The notes beneath the pieces are model-generated. The model was not told the origin of the DNA, made no database searches, and saw nothing but the letters and a program-made list of their open reading frames with translations. From an uncultured Oscillospiraceae bacterium (GTDB lineage Bacteria > Bacillota > Clostridia > Oscillospirales > Ruminococcaceae), in the NCBI GenBank assembly GCA_910584715.1, contig CAJUAN010000010.1, positions 13,496-77,495 on the forward strand: 64,000 bases of DNA, given 5' to 3'. Numbering within the stretch: position 1 is the first letter of the stretch; the number at the start of each line of letters is the position of its first letter. The translations under genes were made by a program, and so were the position numbers. Positions 25,634-35,921 of this stretch are shown one piece after another.

Positions 25634-27055
25634 TCAAGACATGGATTTAAGCGTTTCGTTCAGCTCGTCAATATAGGTCTGAACAACGACGCTGCGCTCG
25701 TCTCTTACCTGGTACCAGTCGGTGCCGTTATAGCTTGCGTCCTTTATAGGATTGTGCAGCAGCTCGTAAACGTCGGCATTTACCGCTGCGTAGAAATCAA
25801 CTACGGGGTGCGCGTTTGTCAGGTCGTTGGTATAATTGTACATTTCAATCATTTCATCTGTCCAGCCGTAGTCGCCGCGGAGCTTCTTTTCGTTTACTTC
25901 CTTTACGCTCTCGTCGGTATTTGCTGTAAGCTTACATTTAATAAATGCCGCAACCGCCTCGGGATTGGGCGCGCCCTTGCACATTGCGTATGCGTCAAGT
26001 CCGCCTGCCGCGCTCAGGTACCATTCATCGGCGCTTTCATCTCTCGGCATAGGTACGAACATTATCTCGCCGGGCTTGCCGAACGCGGATATGTCAGGTT
26101 CGTAAAGCTGCCATGAGCCTACGGGGTAGAACAGGGTAGTGCCCTCGCCTATCCTTTCGGGGTGCTCTTTCCAGTTGTATTCCGCACGGGGGAAGTTCAC
26201 TCCGGCATTGTGCATTTCACGGAAAAGCTCCTGTACTCTTGCAAGGTTCGGATCCATAATATTATTCACTACTTCTCCGTTTTCCATACCGATAACGGGA
26301 ACTCCCGTGCTCAGCATCATAGCAAGCTCGTACCACCAGCCGTCTATGGCGTACTTGTCCTGTTCGACGTCTGTAAAGTCATAACACATCTGCTTGAACG
26401 CGTTCCATGTCCATTCATTGTTATAGGCAAGCTCCGCAGGGTCGTCAAAGCCGTTTTCCTCTATAGTGTTCTTATTATAGAGTATAATAGTTCCCGCGTC
26501 TGCTGCTACACACGCCATATAGTGCTTTCCGCCGATCGTGTGCATTTCGTTTATTCTTTTTGCGCCCTCGGGGAATAATTCCGAATCGTAATCTATATAA
26601 TCGTCCATTGGTTGGAACATTCCTGCCGAAGCCTTTCCGGGGAAGGTGTCAAGGTCTGCCGCGGGGAACATATCGGGAGAATTTCCTCCCAGAACAAGAG
26701 TGGCAAGATCGTCGTACTTAGTGGAATCGGTGGTCTGGATATACTCTATCTCGCCGCCGTATTTTGTTTTGAAAAGCTGAAGGAACACGTCTACGGATTC
26801 GCCCTCCTCAGGCTCGAGCGCCCAGAAGGAAAGCCACCTCAGCTTGCCGTTTTCAAGCTTTTCGGCGTCTACCTCAACCTGCTCAACTACCTCTGCGTCC
26901 TCCGACGCCATTGTCGCCGTAGTTGTTTCCTTAGCAGCGGATAAAGCCGGGTCTTCGGTCTGCTGACCGTTGTCCGAGCCGCAGCCTGAAAGCATTGCCG
27001 CAGTCATAGCCAATGCTGTTATCAATGATAATTTTTTTGACGTTTCTTTTTTCAT
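25634..27055 (-). CDS. ABC-transporter extracellular solute-binding lipoprotein (carbohydrate type), no adjacent permeases
   Basis: Lipobox LSGCGSD after the signal peptide MKKETSKKLSLITALAMTAAM. Family-1 SBP-like length and pattern. Paralog of the 59300-60691 product. Confidence 0.8.
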   Translation of the reverse strand: MKKETSKKLSLITALAMTAAMLSGCGSDNGQQTEDPALSAAKETTTATMASEDAEVVEQVEVDAEKLENGKLRWLSFWALEPEEGESVDVFLQLFKTKYGGEIEYIQTTDSTKYDDLATLVLGGNSPDMFPAADLDTFPGKASAGMFQPMDDYIDYDSELFPEGAKRINEMHTIGGKHYMACVAADAGTIILYNKNTIEENGFDDPAELAYNNEWTWNAFKQMCYDFTDVEQDKYAIDGWWYELAMMLSTGVPVIGMENGEVVNNIMDPNLARVQELFREMHNAGVNFPRAEYNWKEHPERIGEGTTLFYPVGSWQLYEPDISAFGKPGEIMFVPMPRDESADEWYLSAAGGLDAYAMCKGAPNPEAVAAFIKCKLTANTDESVKEVNEKKLRGDYGWTDEMIEMYNYTNDLTNAHPVVDFYAAVNADVYELLHNPIKDASYNGTDWYQVRDERSVVVQTYIDELNETLKSMS

Positions 27056-27113
27056 CGTTCATCACCTCATAAAAAATTTAATAATAGTGTTTCCGTCATA
27101 ACCTCATGCTTTA

Positions 27114-27142
27114 ATAATAACGTCGCCGCAGAATATTTTCAA
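27114..27142 (-). promoter_or_regulatory. Candidate promoter for the SBP-GH1-AraC operon
   Basis: On the minus strand: TTGAAA(27142-27137), 17-nt spacer, TATTAT(27119-27114). Confidence 0.45.
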
Positions 27143-27154
27143 TGACTTATAATA

Positions 27155-27177
27155 CTAAAATACAGACTTATCCTGCT
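27155..27177 (-). promoter_or_regulatory. 23-nt candidate activator site, copy 1 (reads AGCAGGATAAGTCTGTATTTTAG toward the SBP gene)
   Basis: Matches copy 2 at 21/23 when each is read toward its own gene. Ends 12 bp upstream of the -35 hexamer. Confidence 0.5.
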
Positions 27178-27274
27178 GTTTTAAAAAATAAGCGGAATAG
27201 GTCAGCGTTTTGACAGCTTTGGTCAGTATGAGGCTCAAAACCCACATTAAAATATGTTTTGCAAAAATCAACAA

Positions 27275-27297
27275 AGCAGAATAAGTCTGCATTTTAG
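27275..27297 (+). promoter_or_regulatory. 23-nt candidate activator site, copy 2 (AGCAGAATAAGTCTGCATTTTAG toward abfA)
   Basis: Same 23-mer as copy 1 in mirrored orientation. Ends 12 bp upstream of the abfA -35 hexamer. Confidence 0.5.
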
Positions 27298-27309
27298 CAG
27301 GATATGTTA

Positions 27310-28860
<1,551 letters not shown>

Positions 28861-28900
28861 AAATATGCATATTTTAGGATTTCAAGAAAGGAAGTTTCGT

Positions 28901-30040
28901 ATGAAAAAAATCGTTTCATGTATATGCGCTGCGGCAATGGCTCTGTCGCTTTCGGCATGCTCCAAAAAAGAACCGGACACACGTCCCCTGGGGGAAATGC
29001 GCGGCATTTCGGCTGCCGAGCTTATTGCTGAAATGGGTACCGGCTGGAACCTGGGCAACACAATGGACTCCGAGGAGGGCGGCGAGACCGGCTGGGGAAA
29101 TCCCGTCACCACCAAGGAAATGATAGACGAGGTTCACCGCGCGGGCTTTGACACCCTGAGGATACCCACCACATGGAAAAACAGCATGGGAGAAGCTCCC
29201 GACTATACCGTTGACGGAGAATGGCTGAAGCGGGTGGAGGAGATTATCGGCTACGCTCTTGAAAACGATATGTACGTTATCCTGAACACCCACCATGATA
29301 CCGACTGGATAAAGCCGCAGTATGAGGATATCGAGGCCGTAAAGGTACAGTTCGCCGCCCTGTGGACTCAGATAGCCGAATATTTCAAGGACTACGGCGA
29401 CCATCTTATATTTGAGGGATTGAACGAACCTCGCATAGTCGGCGGCGCAAACGAATGGAACGGCGGCACCGAGGAGGGCAGGGACTGTCTTAATCAGCTC
29501 AACGACGTCTTTGTTAAAACCGTTCGGGCTACCGGCGGCAACAACGAGACCCGCACCTTGCTCATCACCACCTTTGCCGCTCAGCCGGCAGCCTCGGGGG
29601 TAAGCGCGCTGATTGTCCCCGATGATAAGTACGTGGGAGTTTCGATACACGCTTACACGCCTTACCGCTTCACCTACGACTCCGTGGGCGAAAGCTGGAA
29701 TACCGCCGTGTTTGACGGTTCCTGCGCATCGGAAATAGACTCGCTTTTTGCAGGCCTCAACGAAGCCTTTATCAGCAAGGGCATACCGGTGATAATCACC
29801 GAATACGGCAGCGTTTCCAAAATGATCGATAAGACATGGTACATTACCAATACCGACGAGGTGGCGAAGTGGGCGAAGCATTATGTGAGCGCCGCGGAAA
29901 AATACGGCATACCCTGCGTTTGGTGGGACAACGGATATCACAAGTCGGGCAACGAGCTTTTCGGTATTTTTAACCGCAGCGAGCTTACATGGTACGAGCC
30001 GGAAGTCGTAACGGCTATTATGGAATCCATAGGCGAATGA
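28901..30040 (+). CDS. GH5 endoglucanase-type glycoside hydrolase, lipoprotein
   Basis: Signal peptide and lipobox MKKIVSCICAAAMALSLSAC. GWNLGNTMD, RIPTTW, ILNTHHD, acid/base FEGLNEP, nucleophile ITEYG, WWDNG. Confidence 0.88.
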   Translation: MKKIVSCICAAAMALSLSACSKKEPDTRPLGEMRGISAAELIAEMGTGWNLGNTMDSEEGGETGWGNPVTTKEMIDEVHRAGFDTLRIPTTWKNSMGEAPDYTVDGEWLKRVEEIIGYALENDMYVILNTHHDTDWIKPQYEDIEAVKVQFAALWTQIAEYFKDYGDHLIFEGLNEPRIVGGANEWNGGTEEGRDCLNQLNDVFVKTVRATGGNNETRTLLITTFAAQPAASGVSALIVPDDKYVGVSIHAYTPYRFTYDSVGESWNTAVFDGSCASEIDSLFAGLNEAFISKGIPVIITEYGSVSKMIDKTWYITNTDEVAKWAKHYVSAAEKYGIPCVWWDNGYHKSGNELFGIFNRSELTWYEPEVVTAIMESIGE

Positions 30041-30078
30041 CCTCTGTATAATTTGTAGTTTAAAGCGCGGGATATTTC

Positions 30079-30107
30079 TTGACAGGTTCGCCGGGATACA
30101 ATATAAT
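30079..30107 (+). promoter_or_regulatory. Sigma-A type promoter for the GNAT gene
   Basis: TTGACA(30079-30084), 17-nt spacer, TATAAT(30102-30107). Confidence 0.55.
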
Positions 30108-30146
30108 TATTGTATTACCGTGATTTCGGAAAGGATAGGGTTTGTC

Positions 30147-30989
30147 ATGAAAAATACTATATACGGACTTTTTTCAAAATGCTTTCCCCAGCTTCCCATA
30201 GGAAGAGACAGCTTTTTCAGACTTCTTGACGCGGATAAATGCAGTGTTATCCCTTATTACGAGGACGGAGCCATTGCCGGCTGCTCGGTCGTTTCGGGGG
30301 ACTGTATCCGCCTCCTGTGCGTGGCTCCGGGCTCCCGCGGAAAAGGTATTGGCAGCGGCTTGCTCCGTGACAGCGAAAGGCTTATCGCTGAAAACGGCTT
30401 TAAGCGCGCAGTTCTCGGAGGGCGGGATTCCGGTCTTTTTATAGGAGAGACCGTTCCCGTGGAACAAACGGAAAACGCCGGATCTTTTTTCAGCCGCAGG
30501 GGATACGTCTCCGACGACGGCTGTATAGAGATGAAAATGCCCCTCGAAGATTTTGACTTCGAAGGACTTGATATCCCGATCTGCCCCGACGGAACAAGCT
30601 TCGGCTATATTGAAAAAGAAGAACACGGCAGCCTGCTCCGTGCAGTTGAAGCGGTGGACGCAGACTGGGTGCAGTATTTTACATACGGAAGTCCCATATT
30701 TGCGGCAAAGCTTAACGGAAATATCGCGGCATTCTGCATGATCGACGAAAACGCCGATACCGTAATAAGCAGAGACGGCAGCAACGTCGTCTCAATAGGC
30801 TGCGTGGGCACAGTGCCTGAAATGCGGAAAAAGGGTATCGGACTTGCAATGGTAGCCGAGGCGGCGCATATCGCCAAGAACGACGGCTGTACGGACGCGT
30901 TTATTCACTATACGTACCTGGATAAATGGTACGGCAGGCTGGGATTTAAAACATTCCTGCGGTACCGTTTCAGTGAAAAAAAGCTGTAG
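30147..30989 (+). CDS. GNAT-family N-acetyltransferase (two GNAT-like halves)
   Basis: Acetyl-CoA motifs LCVAPGSRGKGIGSGLL and VGTVPEMRKKGIGLAMV. Start chosen at MKNTIYG. Confidence 0.75.
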   Translation: MKNTIYGLFSKCFPQLPIGRDSFFRLLDADKCSVIPYYEDGAIAGCSVVSGDCIRLLCVAPGSRGKGIGSGLLRDSERLIAENGFKRAVLGGRDSGLFIGETVPVEQTENAGSFFSRRGYVSDDGCIEMKMPLEDFDFEGLDIPICPDGTSFGYIEKEEHGSLLRAVEAVDADWVQYFTYGSPIFAAKLNGNIAAFCMIDENADTVISRDGSNVVSIGCVGTVPEMRKKGIGLAMVAEAAHIAKNDGCTDAFIHYTYLDKWYGRLGFKTFLRYRFSEKKL

Positions 30990-31001
30990 CATTTCACGGA
31001 G

Positions 31002-31466
31002 TTATTCATTTTCTTTTTTGATGTATTCCAGGAGCGCGGTGCAGCCGCTGTAAATATCGTTGAAAGCGGTATCGAAGCGTCCGCTGTACCACGGGTCGGA
31101 AATATCCCCTCCGCGGCTTGTAAAGTCAAGGAGCCTGTGGACCTTTCCGTCCGGGTCGCTTCCGAAAATACGCATGATGTTGCGCATATTGTTTCCGTCC
31201 ATGACAAGGAACAGATCGTATTTGTCATAATCGCTTTTTTCAAGACGGACAGCGCGTCTGGAGCCGCAGGGAACACCTCTGCGGCTTAATTCCGCCTTCG
31301 CGGGGGGATAGATCGGATTTCCTATCTCTTCTGTGCTGGTAGCGCTTGAGGCTATGAAAATATTCGAATCTGTGTACTCTTTTTCAACAAGGTCTTTCAT
31401 AATAAATTCGGCAGTCGGCGAACGGCATATATTGCCGTGGCAAACGAACATTATGCTTTTTATCAT
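31002..31466 (-). CDS. Low-molecular-weight protein-tyrosine phosphatase
   Basis: P-loop FVCHGNICRSP (CX5R-S) at the N-terminus and a DP motif (ISDPWY) near the C-terminus. 154 aa. Confidence 0.85.
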   Translation of the reverse strand: MIKSIMFVCHGNICRSPTAEFIMKDLVEKEYTDSNIFIASSATSTEEIGNPIYPPAKAELSRRGVPCGSRRAVRLEKSDYDKYDLFLVMDGNNMRNIMRIFGSDPDGKVHRLLDFTSRGGDISDPWYSGRFDTAFNDIYSGCTALLEYIKKENE

Positions 31467-31615
31467 TCCGGGAAGCTCCTTTCAATCAGCTGTAAAAATT
31501 CTTTGAGCGGTATTTTTATTTTACCACATTTTATTATCGGGGTCAAGAACGGATACCAAAGGCTTCCCTCTGTAAACGGCACTGGCAAAGATTAGGTTTT
31601 TTAGAACATAATTTA

Positions 31616-31644
31616 TTGCAATCCGAGGGAAAATATGTTATACT
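31616..31644 (+). promoter_or_regulatory. Sigma-A type promoter for purB
   Basis: TTGCAA(31616-31621), 17-nt spacer, TATACT(31639-31644). Confidence 0.5.
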
Positions 31645-31674
31645 TATAAAAAAGAATTTTAAGGAGTTATCGCT

Positions 31675-33111
31675 ATGTCAGATTACAACAGCTATGAATC
31701 GCCGTTCTGCACCCGCTACGCAAGCAAGGAAATGCAGTACGTTTTTTCCGCCGACAAAAAATTTACCACCTGGAGAAAGCTTTGGGTGGCTCTCGCACGA
31801 GCTGAAATGAAGCTGGGACTTCCTGTTACCCAAAAGCAGGTGGACGAGCTTGAAGCCCACATCGAGGACATCGACTACAAAGCCGCCGAAGAGCGTGAAA
31901 AGCTTGTGCGCCACGACGTTATGTCTCATGTTTACGCTTACGGACTTGCCTGTCCCGGGGCAAAGGGGATAATACACCTTGGCGCGACCTCCTGCTACGT
32001 GGGCGACAACACCGATGTTATCATTATGCGTGACGCCCTGCAAATTGTCAGGAGAAAGCTTATAAACGTTCTCGCACAGCTTTCGGGCTTTGCGGTTAAG
32101 TACAAGGATATGCCCTGCCTTGCCTATACCCATTTGCAGCCCGCCCAGCTTACCACGGTGGGCAAGCGTGCAACGCTCTGGGCAAACGAGATTCTTATGG
32201 ATCTTGACGAGCTGGACTACAGGATATCGTCCCTGAAGCTGCTGGGTTCAAAGGGTACTACCGGTACCCAGGCTTCCTTTATGGAGCTTTTCGACGGCGA
32301 TACCGAAAAGGTCAAAGAGCTTGAAAAAATGATCGCCGAGGAAATGGGCTTCGACGCAGTAGTCCCCGTTTCGGGTCAGACCTACTCCAGAAAAGCCGAC
32401 GCGCAGATACTCTCAACCTTGGGAGGTATTGCTCAGTCCGCAATGAAATTTGCCAACGATATGCGTATCCTCCAGAATTTCAAGGAAATGGAAGAACCCT
32501 TCGAGAAAAACCAGATAGGTTCCTCCGCGATGCCATACAAGAGAAATCCCATGCGCTGCGAAAGAATTACCGCACTTGCAAGATATGTTATGATAGATAC
32601 CCTCAACCCTGCCTTTACCGCGGGTACGCAATGGTTTGAGAGGACTCTCGACGATTCCGCGAACAAGCGCATTTCCGTTGCCGAGGGATTTTTGGCGGTG
32701 GACGCGATACTCAACATCATGCTGAATGTTACCGCCGATCTTGTTGTGTATCCTAACGTTGTACGCCAGCGCGTTATGCGTGAGTTGCCCTTTATGGCTT
32801 CCGAAAACATCATGATGGACGCGGTGAAAAAGGGCGGGGACCGTCAGGCTCTCCACGAAAAGCTCCGTCAGTACGCTATGGAGGCGGGAAAGCACGTTAA
32901 AGAGGAGGGGCTGGAAAACAACCTTATCGAACTTGTGCTGAACGACCCGGATTTCGGTCTTAACGCCGACGAGATGAACGCTATCCTTAAACCCGAAAAC
33001 TTTACGGGAAGAAGCTCCCAGCAGGTGGAGGAATTTGTCCGCGACTGCGTAAAGCCTGTTCTCGACGCCAATAAGGATATCCTCGGCGAGACCGCGGAGC
33101 TGTCGGTGTAA
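31675..33111 (+). CDS. purB: Adenylosuccinate lyase
   Basis: 478 aa, AAGGAG RBS. Fumarate-lyase superfamily signature GSSAMPYKRNP and the purB-type N-terminus SPFCTRYASKEM. Confidence 0.9.
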   Translation: MSDYNSYESPFCTRYASKEMQYVFSADKKFTTWRKLWVALARAEMKLGLPVTQKQVDELEAHIEDIDYKAAEEREKLVRHDVMSHVYAYGLACPGAKGIIHLGATSCYVGDNTDVIIMRDALQIVRRKLINVLAQLSGFAVKYKDMPCLAYTHLQPAQLTTVGKRATLWANEILMDLDELDYRISSLKLLGSKGTTGTQASFMELFDGDTEKVKELEKMIAEEMGFDAVVPVSGQTYSRKADAQILSTLGGIAQSAMKFANDMRILQNFKEMEEPFEKNQIGSSAMPYKRNPMRCERITALARYVMIDTLNPAFTAGTQWFERTLDDSANKRISVAEGFLAVDAILNIMLNVTADLVVYPNVVRQRVMRELPFMASENIMMDAVKKGGDRQALHEKLRQYAMEAGKHVKEEGLENNLIELVLNDPDFGLNADEMNAILKPENFTGRSSQQVEEFVRDCVKPVLDANKDILGETAELSV

Positions 33112-33122
33112 GGCGGCGCAGC

Positions 33123-33809
33123 ATGGAAAACTATAGCAGAAAATTCCTTATAAAAATGCCCGAAATCCTTGGGGACGGCAGCGGCTACAGGGTAAAGCTC
33201 TTTAAAAACGAAAAAGCCGCCGCAATACTTGAAAGCGGCGGGGAGACCTTCGGTTTCGACGTTATCGCGGAGATCACCGGCAACGATTTTTACAGCGACA
33301 GGGCTATCGCCGCAAGGAACGGAAAGCTCCTCATGCTGGAGATAGAAAGGCGCTGGCTGGTGAAAATTCCCGATAACATCGGAGAGTTTCCGTTCCATGT
33401 TATAGAGCAGGCTTATCTCGCTCCCGAAAACGGCTTTCAAGGGCGCATACGCCGTCTGGACGACAGGTTCATCTACACCGAAAAGGCGAGGACGGGCAGC
33501 GCGGCGTCCAGAATAGAAAACGAGCGGGACATTACCGCTGAGGAGTACGAGAGGCTGAAAGAGCATACTATCCTCAACACGGTGAAAAAGAAAAGGTACC
33601 TGATACCTTACGGCGGCTTGAAGTTTGAGCTGGACGTTTTTGAGAACACCGTGGAGACAGGCTACGCCATTATGGAGGCGGAGATTCCGGAGGAAAGCGC
33701 GGCTGTAGAGCTTCCCGATTTTGTTGAGATCGTCCGCGAGGTGACCGAGGACGAGTATTACACAAACAGGAACTTTGCTTCAATGGAAAGAATAAAACTG
33801 CTGAAATAA
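33123..33809 (+). CDS. CYTH-domain (triphosphate tunnel metalloenzyme) protein with an N-terminal extension
   Basis: LEIERRWLV resembles the CYTH ExExK start motif at about aa 73. It is followed by VIEQAYL..RIRR..KKKRY..FELDVFE..MEAEI, typical of CYTH strands. Confidence 0.7.
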   Translation: MENYSRKFLIKMPEILGDGSGYRVKLFKNEKAAAILESGGETFGFDVIAEITGNDFYSDRAIAARNGKLLMLEIERRWLVKIPDNIGEFPFHVIEQAYLAPENGFQGRIRRLDDRFIYTEKARTGSAASRIENERDITAEEYERLKEHTILNTVKKKRYLIPYGGLKFELDVFENTVETGYAIMEAEIPEESAAVELPDFVEIVREVTEDEYYTNRNFASMERIKLLK

Positions 33810-33813
33810 CTTA

Positions 33814-33851
33814 AAAACGGTATCGAGAAAAGCTTCCCGGTACCGTTTTTA
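33814..33851. terminator. Bidirectional rho-independent terminator between the CYTH gene and metY copy 2
   Basis: AACGGTATCG / CGGTACCGTT stem flanked by an A-run and a T-run. Confidence 0.7.
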
Positions 33852-33863
33852 CATTTTATGCTG

Positions 33864-35150
33864 TTATATCTTATCAAACGCCTGCTTTAAGTCAGCAAGA
33901 ATATCCTCGATATTTTCAAGTCCTACTGAGAACCTTATCAGACCGCCGTCAATTCCCGCAGCGGCAAGCTGCTCGTCGGTAAGCTGACGGTGCGTTGCGG
34001 AGGCGGGGTGCAGCACGCAGGTGCGTATATCCGCAACGTGTACCTCGTTGGAAGCAAGGGTAAGGCCGTCCATAAACCTGACTGCCGTGTCCCTGCCGCC
34101 CTTTATAGAGAATGATATAACGCCGCTTGCGCCGAGGGGAAGATATTTGTCAGCCAAGGTCTTGTACTTGTTGCCCTCCAGCGCGGGGTAGGAAACAAAG
34201 TTCACCTTGCCGGTGCTTTCAATGAATTTTGCGGCGGTCACCGCGTTTTCGCAGTATTGCTTCATTCTAACGGGCAGAGTTTCCAGTCCCAGATTGAGCA
34301 GGAACGAGCTGTTGGCGGCGGGGTAGCAGCCGAAGTCCCTCATAAGCTGCATTCTTGCCTTTACAATGTACGGAGCAAAGGAATACTGTTCCGTATAGAC
34401 GATACCGTGATAGCTGTCGTCAGGCTCGGTCATGCATGGGAATTTTCCGCTCGTCCAGTCAAATTTGCCCGAATCAACGATAACGCCGCCTACCTGAACG
34501 GCGTGACCGTCCATGTACTTGGATGTGGAGTGCATAACTATATCAGCGCCCCATTCGATAGGACGGCACAGGATAGGCGTTGCAAAGGTGTTGTCAACAA
34601 TAAGGGGTACTCCGTGGGCGTGAGCCGCTTTCGCCCATTTTTCAATATCAAGGACGGTCAGCGCCGGGTTTGCGATAGTCTCGCCGAAAACAGCCTTTGT
34701 GTTGGGCTTGAAAGCGGCGTTGAGTTCCTCCTCTGACGCGTCAACGTCTACCCAGATGCACTCTATGCCCATTTTTTTCAGCGTAACTCCGAAAAGGTTT
34801 ATGGTTCCGCCGTAAATGGACGATGAAGCGATAAAGCTGTCTCCCGCTTCGCAGATGTTAAGTATGGACAGCAGGGAAGCCGCCTGTCCGCTGGAGGTGC
34901 ACATTGCCGCTACTCCGCCCTCTAAAGCGGCGATCTTCTTTTCGACCGCGTCGGTGGTTGGGTTCTCGAACCGCGAGTATATCAGGCTTTTGGTGGGGTC
35001 GTCGAAAACCGCAGCAACGTCGTCCGTGGAGTCGTAAACATAGGTAGTGCTCTGCACTATTGGTACTACGCGGGGTTCGCCGTTTTTGGGAGTATAACCT
35101 GCATGCAGGCATTTTGTCTCAATTTTAGCGTTTGGATTAAGTTCTTTCAT
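33864..35150 (-). CDS. O-acetylhomoserine/O-acetylserine sulfhydrylase-family PLP enzyme (copy 2, divergent paralog)
   Basis: 428 aa, AAGGAGA RBS. Same family pattern as the 422-1720 product (DNTFATP, HSTSKYMDGHA with the PLP lysine, HPASATHRQL), but only moderately similar to it. Confidence 0.85.
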   Translation of the reverse strand: MKELNPNAKIETKCLHAGYTPKNGEPRVVPIVQSTTYVYDSTDDVAAVFDDPTKSLIYSRFENPTTDAVEKKIAALEGGVAAMCTSSGQAASLLSILNICEAGDSFIASSSIYGGTINLFGVTLKKMGIECIWVDVDASEEELNAAFKPNTKAVFGETIANPALTVLDIEKWAKAAHAHGVPLIVDNTFATPILCRPIEWGADIVMHSTSKYMDGHAVQVGGVIVDSGKFDWTSGKFPCMTEPDDSYHGIVYTEQYSFAPYIVKARMQLMRDFGCYPAANSSFLLNLGLETLPVRMKQYCENAVTAAKFIESTGKVNFVSYPALEGNKYKTLADKYLPLGASGVISFSIKGGRDTAVRFMDGLTLASNEVHVADIRTCVLHPASATHRQLTDEQLAAAGIDGGLIRFSVGLENIEDILADLKQAFDKI

Positions 35151-35163
35151 TTTATATTCTCCT

Positions 35164-35177
35164 TTGTAATATTACAA
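35164..35177. promoter_or_regulatory. Perfect 14-bp palindrome TTGTAATATTACAA between the predicted TSS and the RBS of metY copy 2
   Basis: Perfect dyad that directly abuts the AAGGAGA Shine-Dalgarno. Candidate operator. Confidence 0.45.
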
Positions 35178-35190
35178 AATTTCAAATAAA

Positions 35191-35219
35191 ATTATAGCAC
35201 ATTTTTCTGCAGATTGCAA
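35191..35219 (-). promoter_or_regulatory. Sigma-A type promoter (extended -10) for metY copy 2
   Basis: On the minus strand: TTGCAA(35219-35214), 17-nt spacer ending in TGC, TATAAT(35196-35191). Confidence 0.6.
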
Positions 35220-35416
35220 GATTTATTCTGCGTATATCATAAAAATCAATTTTTGCATTTATAGATTTCTGTTTAGCGGCGGAGTCTGCGGCAGCTGAGC
35301 CGCCCCTGCCGGATAGGCTTTATAGAATATTGAAATTTTTGCTTTGCAATAATTCAAGTTAATTTACATATGAATGTGAATCAAGTCCGCGGGATTCTCC
35401 GCAGTTAAAATCAGTA

Positions 35417-35454
35417 TGTTAAAAGGACGGAGCCTCTTTCAGGAGGTCCGTCCT
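35417..35454 (-). terminator. Rho-independent terminator of the NrdD-motif mini-gene
   Basis: On the minus strand: AGGACGGA..CCTC / GAGG.TCCGTCCT stem (about 12 bp with one bulge), then TTTTAA. Confidence 0.7.
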
Positions 35455-35477
35455 AAATGCTGTATTCCGTCCGATAT

Positions 35478-35741
35478 TTAAACGCCGTGCTTTACCCTGT
35501 CGTGCTCCTCGGCGCGTTTTGCGTCGTTCCAGCGGTCAAGCGTGCCCGTAAGATATCCCGTAACGCGGCGAATGCGTTCAAACGGAACGTCCTCAAACTT
35601 ATAGTTAAGATTTACATATTCTCCGTCGAGACCTATTTCCAGACTGGACAGCGTTTTGTCGGGAAACTTGTCTTCAAGGTATTTTACATAGTTATTTTTT
35701 TCTTCCTCGGAAATAGTTCCGTTCTTTACGATTATATCCAT
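35478..35741 (-). CDS. 87-aa stand-alone protein ending in an NrdD-type glycyl-radical motif
   Basis: ATG at 35741 has AAGGAAG 8 nt upstream. The C-terminus FERIRRVTGYLTGTLDRWNDAKRAEEHDRVKHGV matches the class III ribonucleotide reductase C-terminal pattern R(V/I)xGYL....N.(G/A)K..E...RV(K/R)H, which carries the radical glycine. The gene has its own consensus promoter and terminator. Confidence 0.7.
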   Translation of the reverse strand: MDIIVKNGTISEEEKNNYVKYLEDKFPDKTLSSLEIGLDGEYVNLNYKFEDVPFERIRRVTGYLTGTLDRWNDAKRAEEHDRVKHGV

Positions 35742-35809
35742 AACACATCTTCCTTTCATTGTGACAAAGCGGCGTCCCTTTCCGTCCGGGACAAGTTTGC
35801 TTTGATTTA

Positions 35810-35838
35810 ATTATACCAATTTAGTATAGTTTTGTCAA
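35810..35838 (-). promoter_or_regulatory. Consensus sigma-A promoter (extended -10) for the NrdD-motif mini-gene
   Basis: On the minus strand: TTGACA(35838-35833), 17-nt spacer ending in TGG, TATAAT(35815-35810). Confidence 0.65.
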
Positions 35839-35860
35839 TAGGTACCGGAAAATTTTTTCA

Positions 35861-35901
35861 AAAAACCGGAAACCCTTTGATTATAAAGGTTCCCGGTTTT
35901 T
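35861..35901 (-). terminator. Putative terminator of the 35922-37268 lipoprotein gene
   Basis: Imperfect CCGGAAACCCTTT / AAAGGTTCCCGG hairpin with T-runs on both strands. Confidence 0.5.
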
Positions 35902-35921
35902 GCACGCATATGCGCGGATAT

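Noticed and set aside
30989-31002. Convergent GNAT and LMW-PTP genes whose stops are only 12 bp apart, with no terminator.
   Set aside because: This is real but common in compact genomes. It has no further distinguishing signal beyond possible transcriptional read-through.
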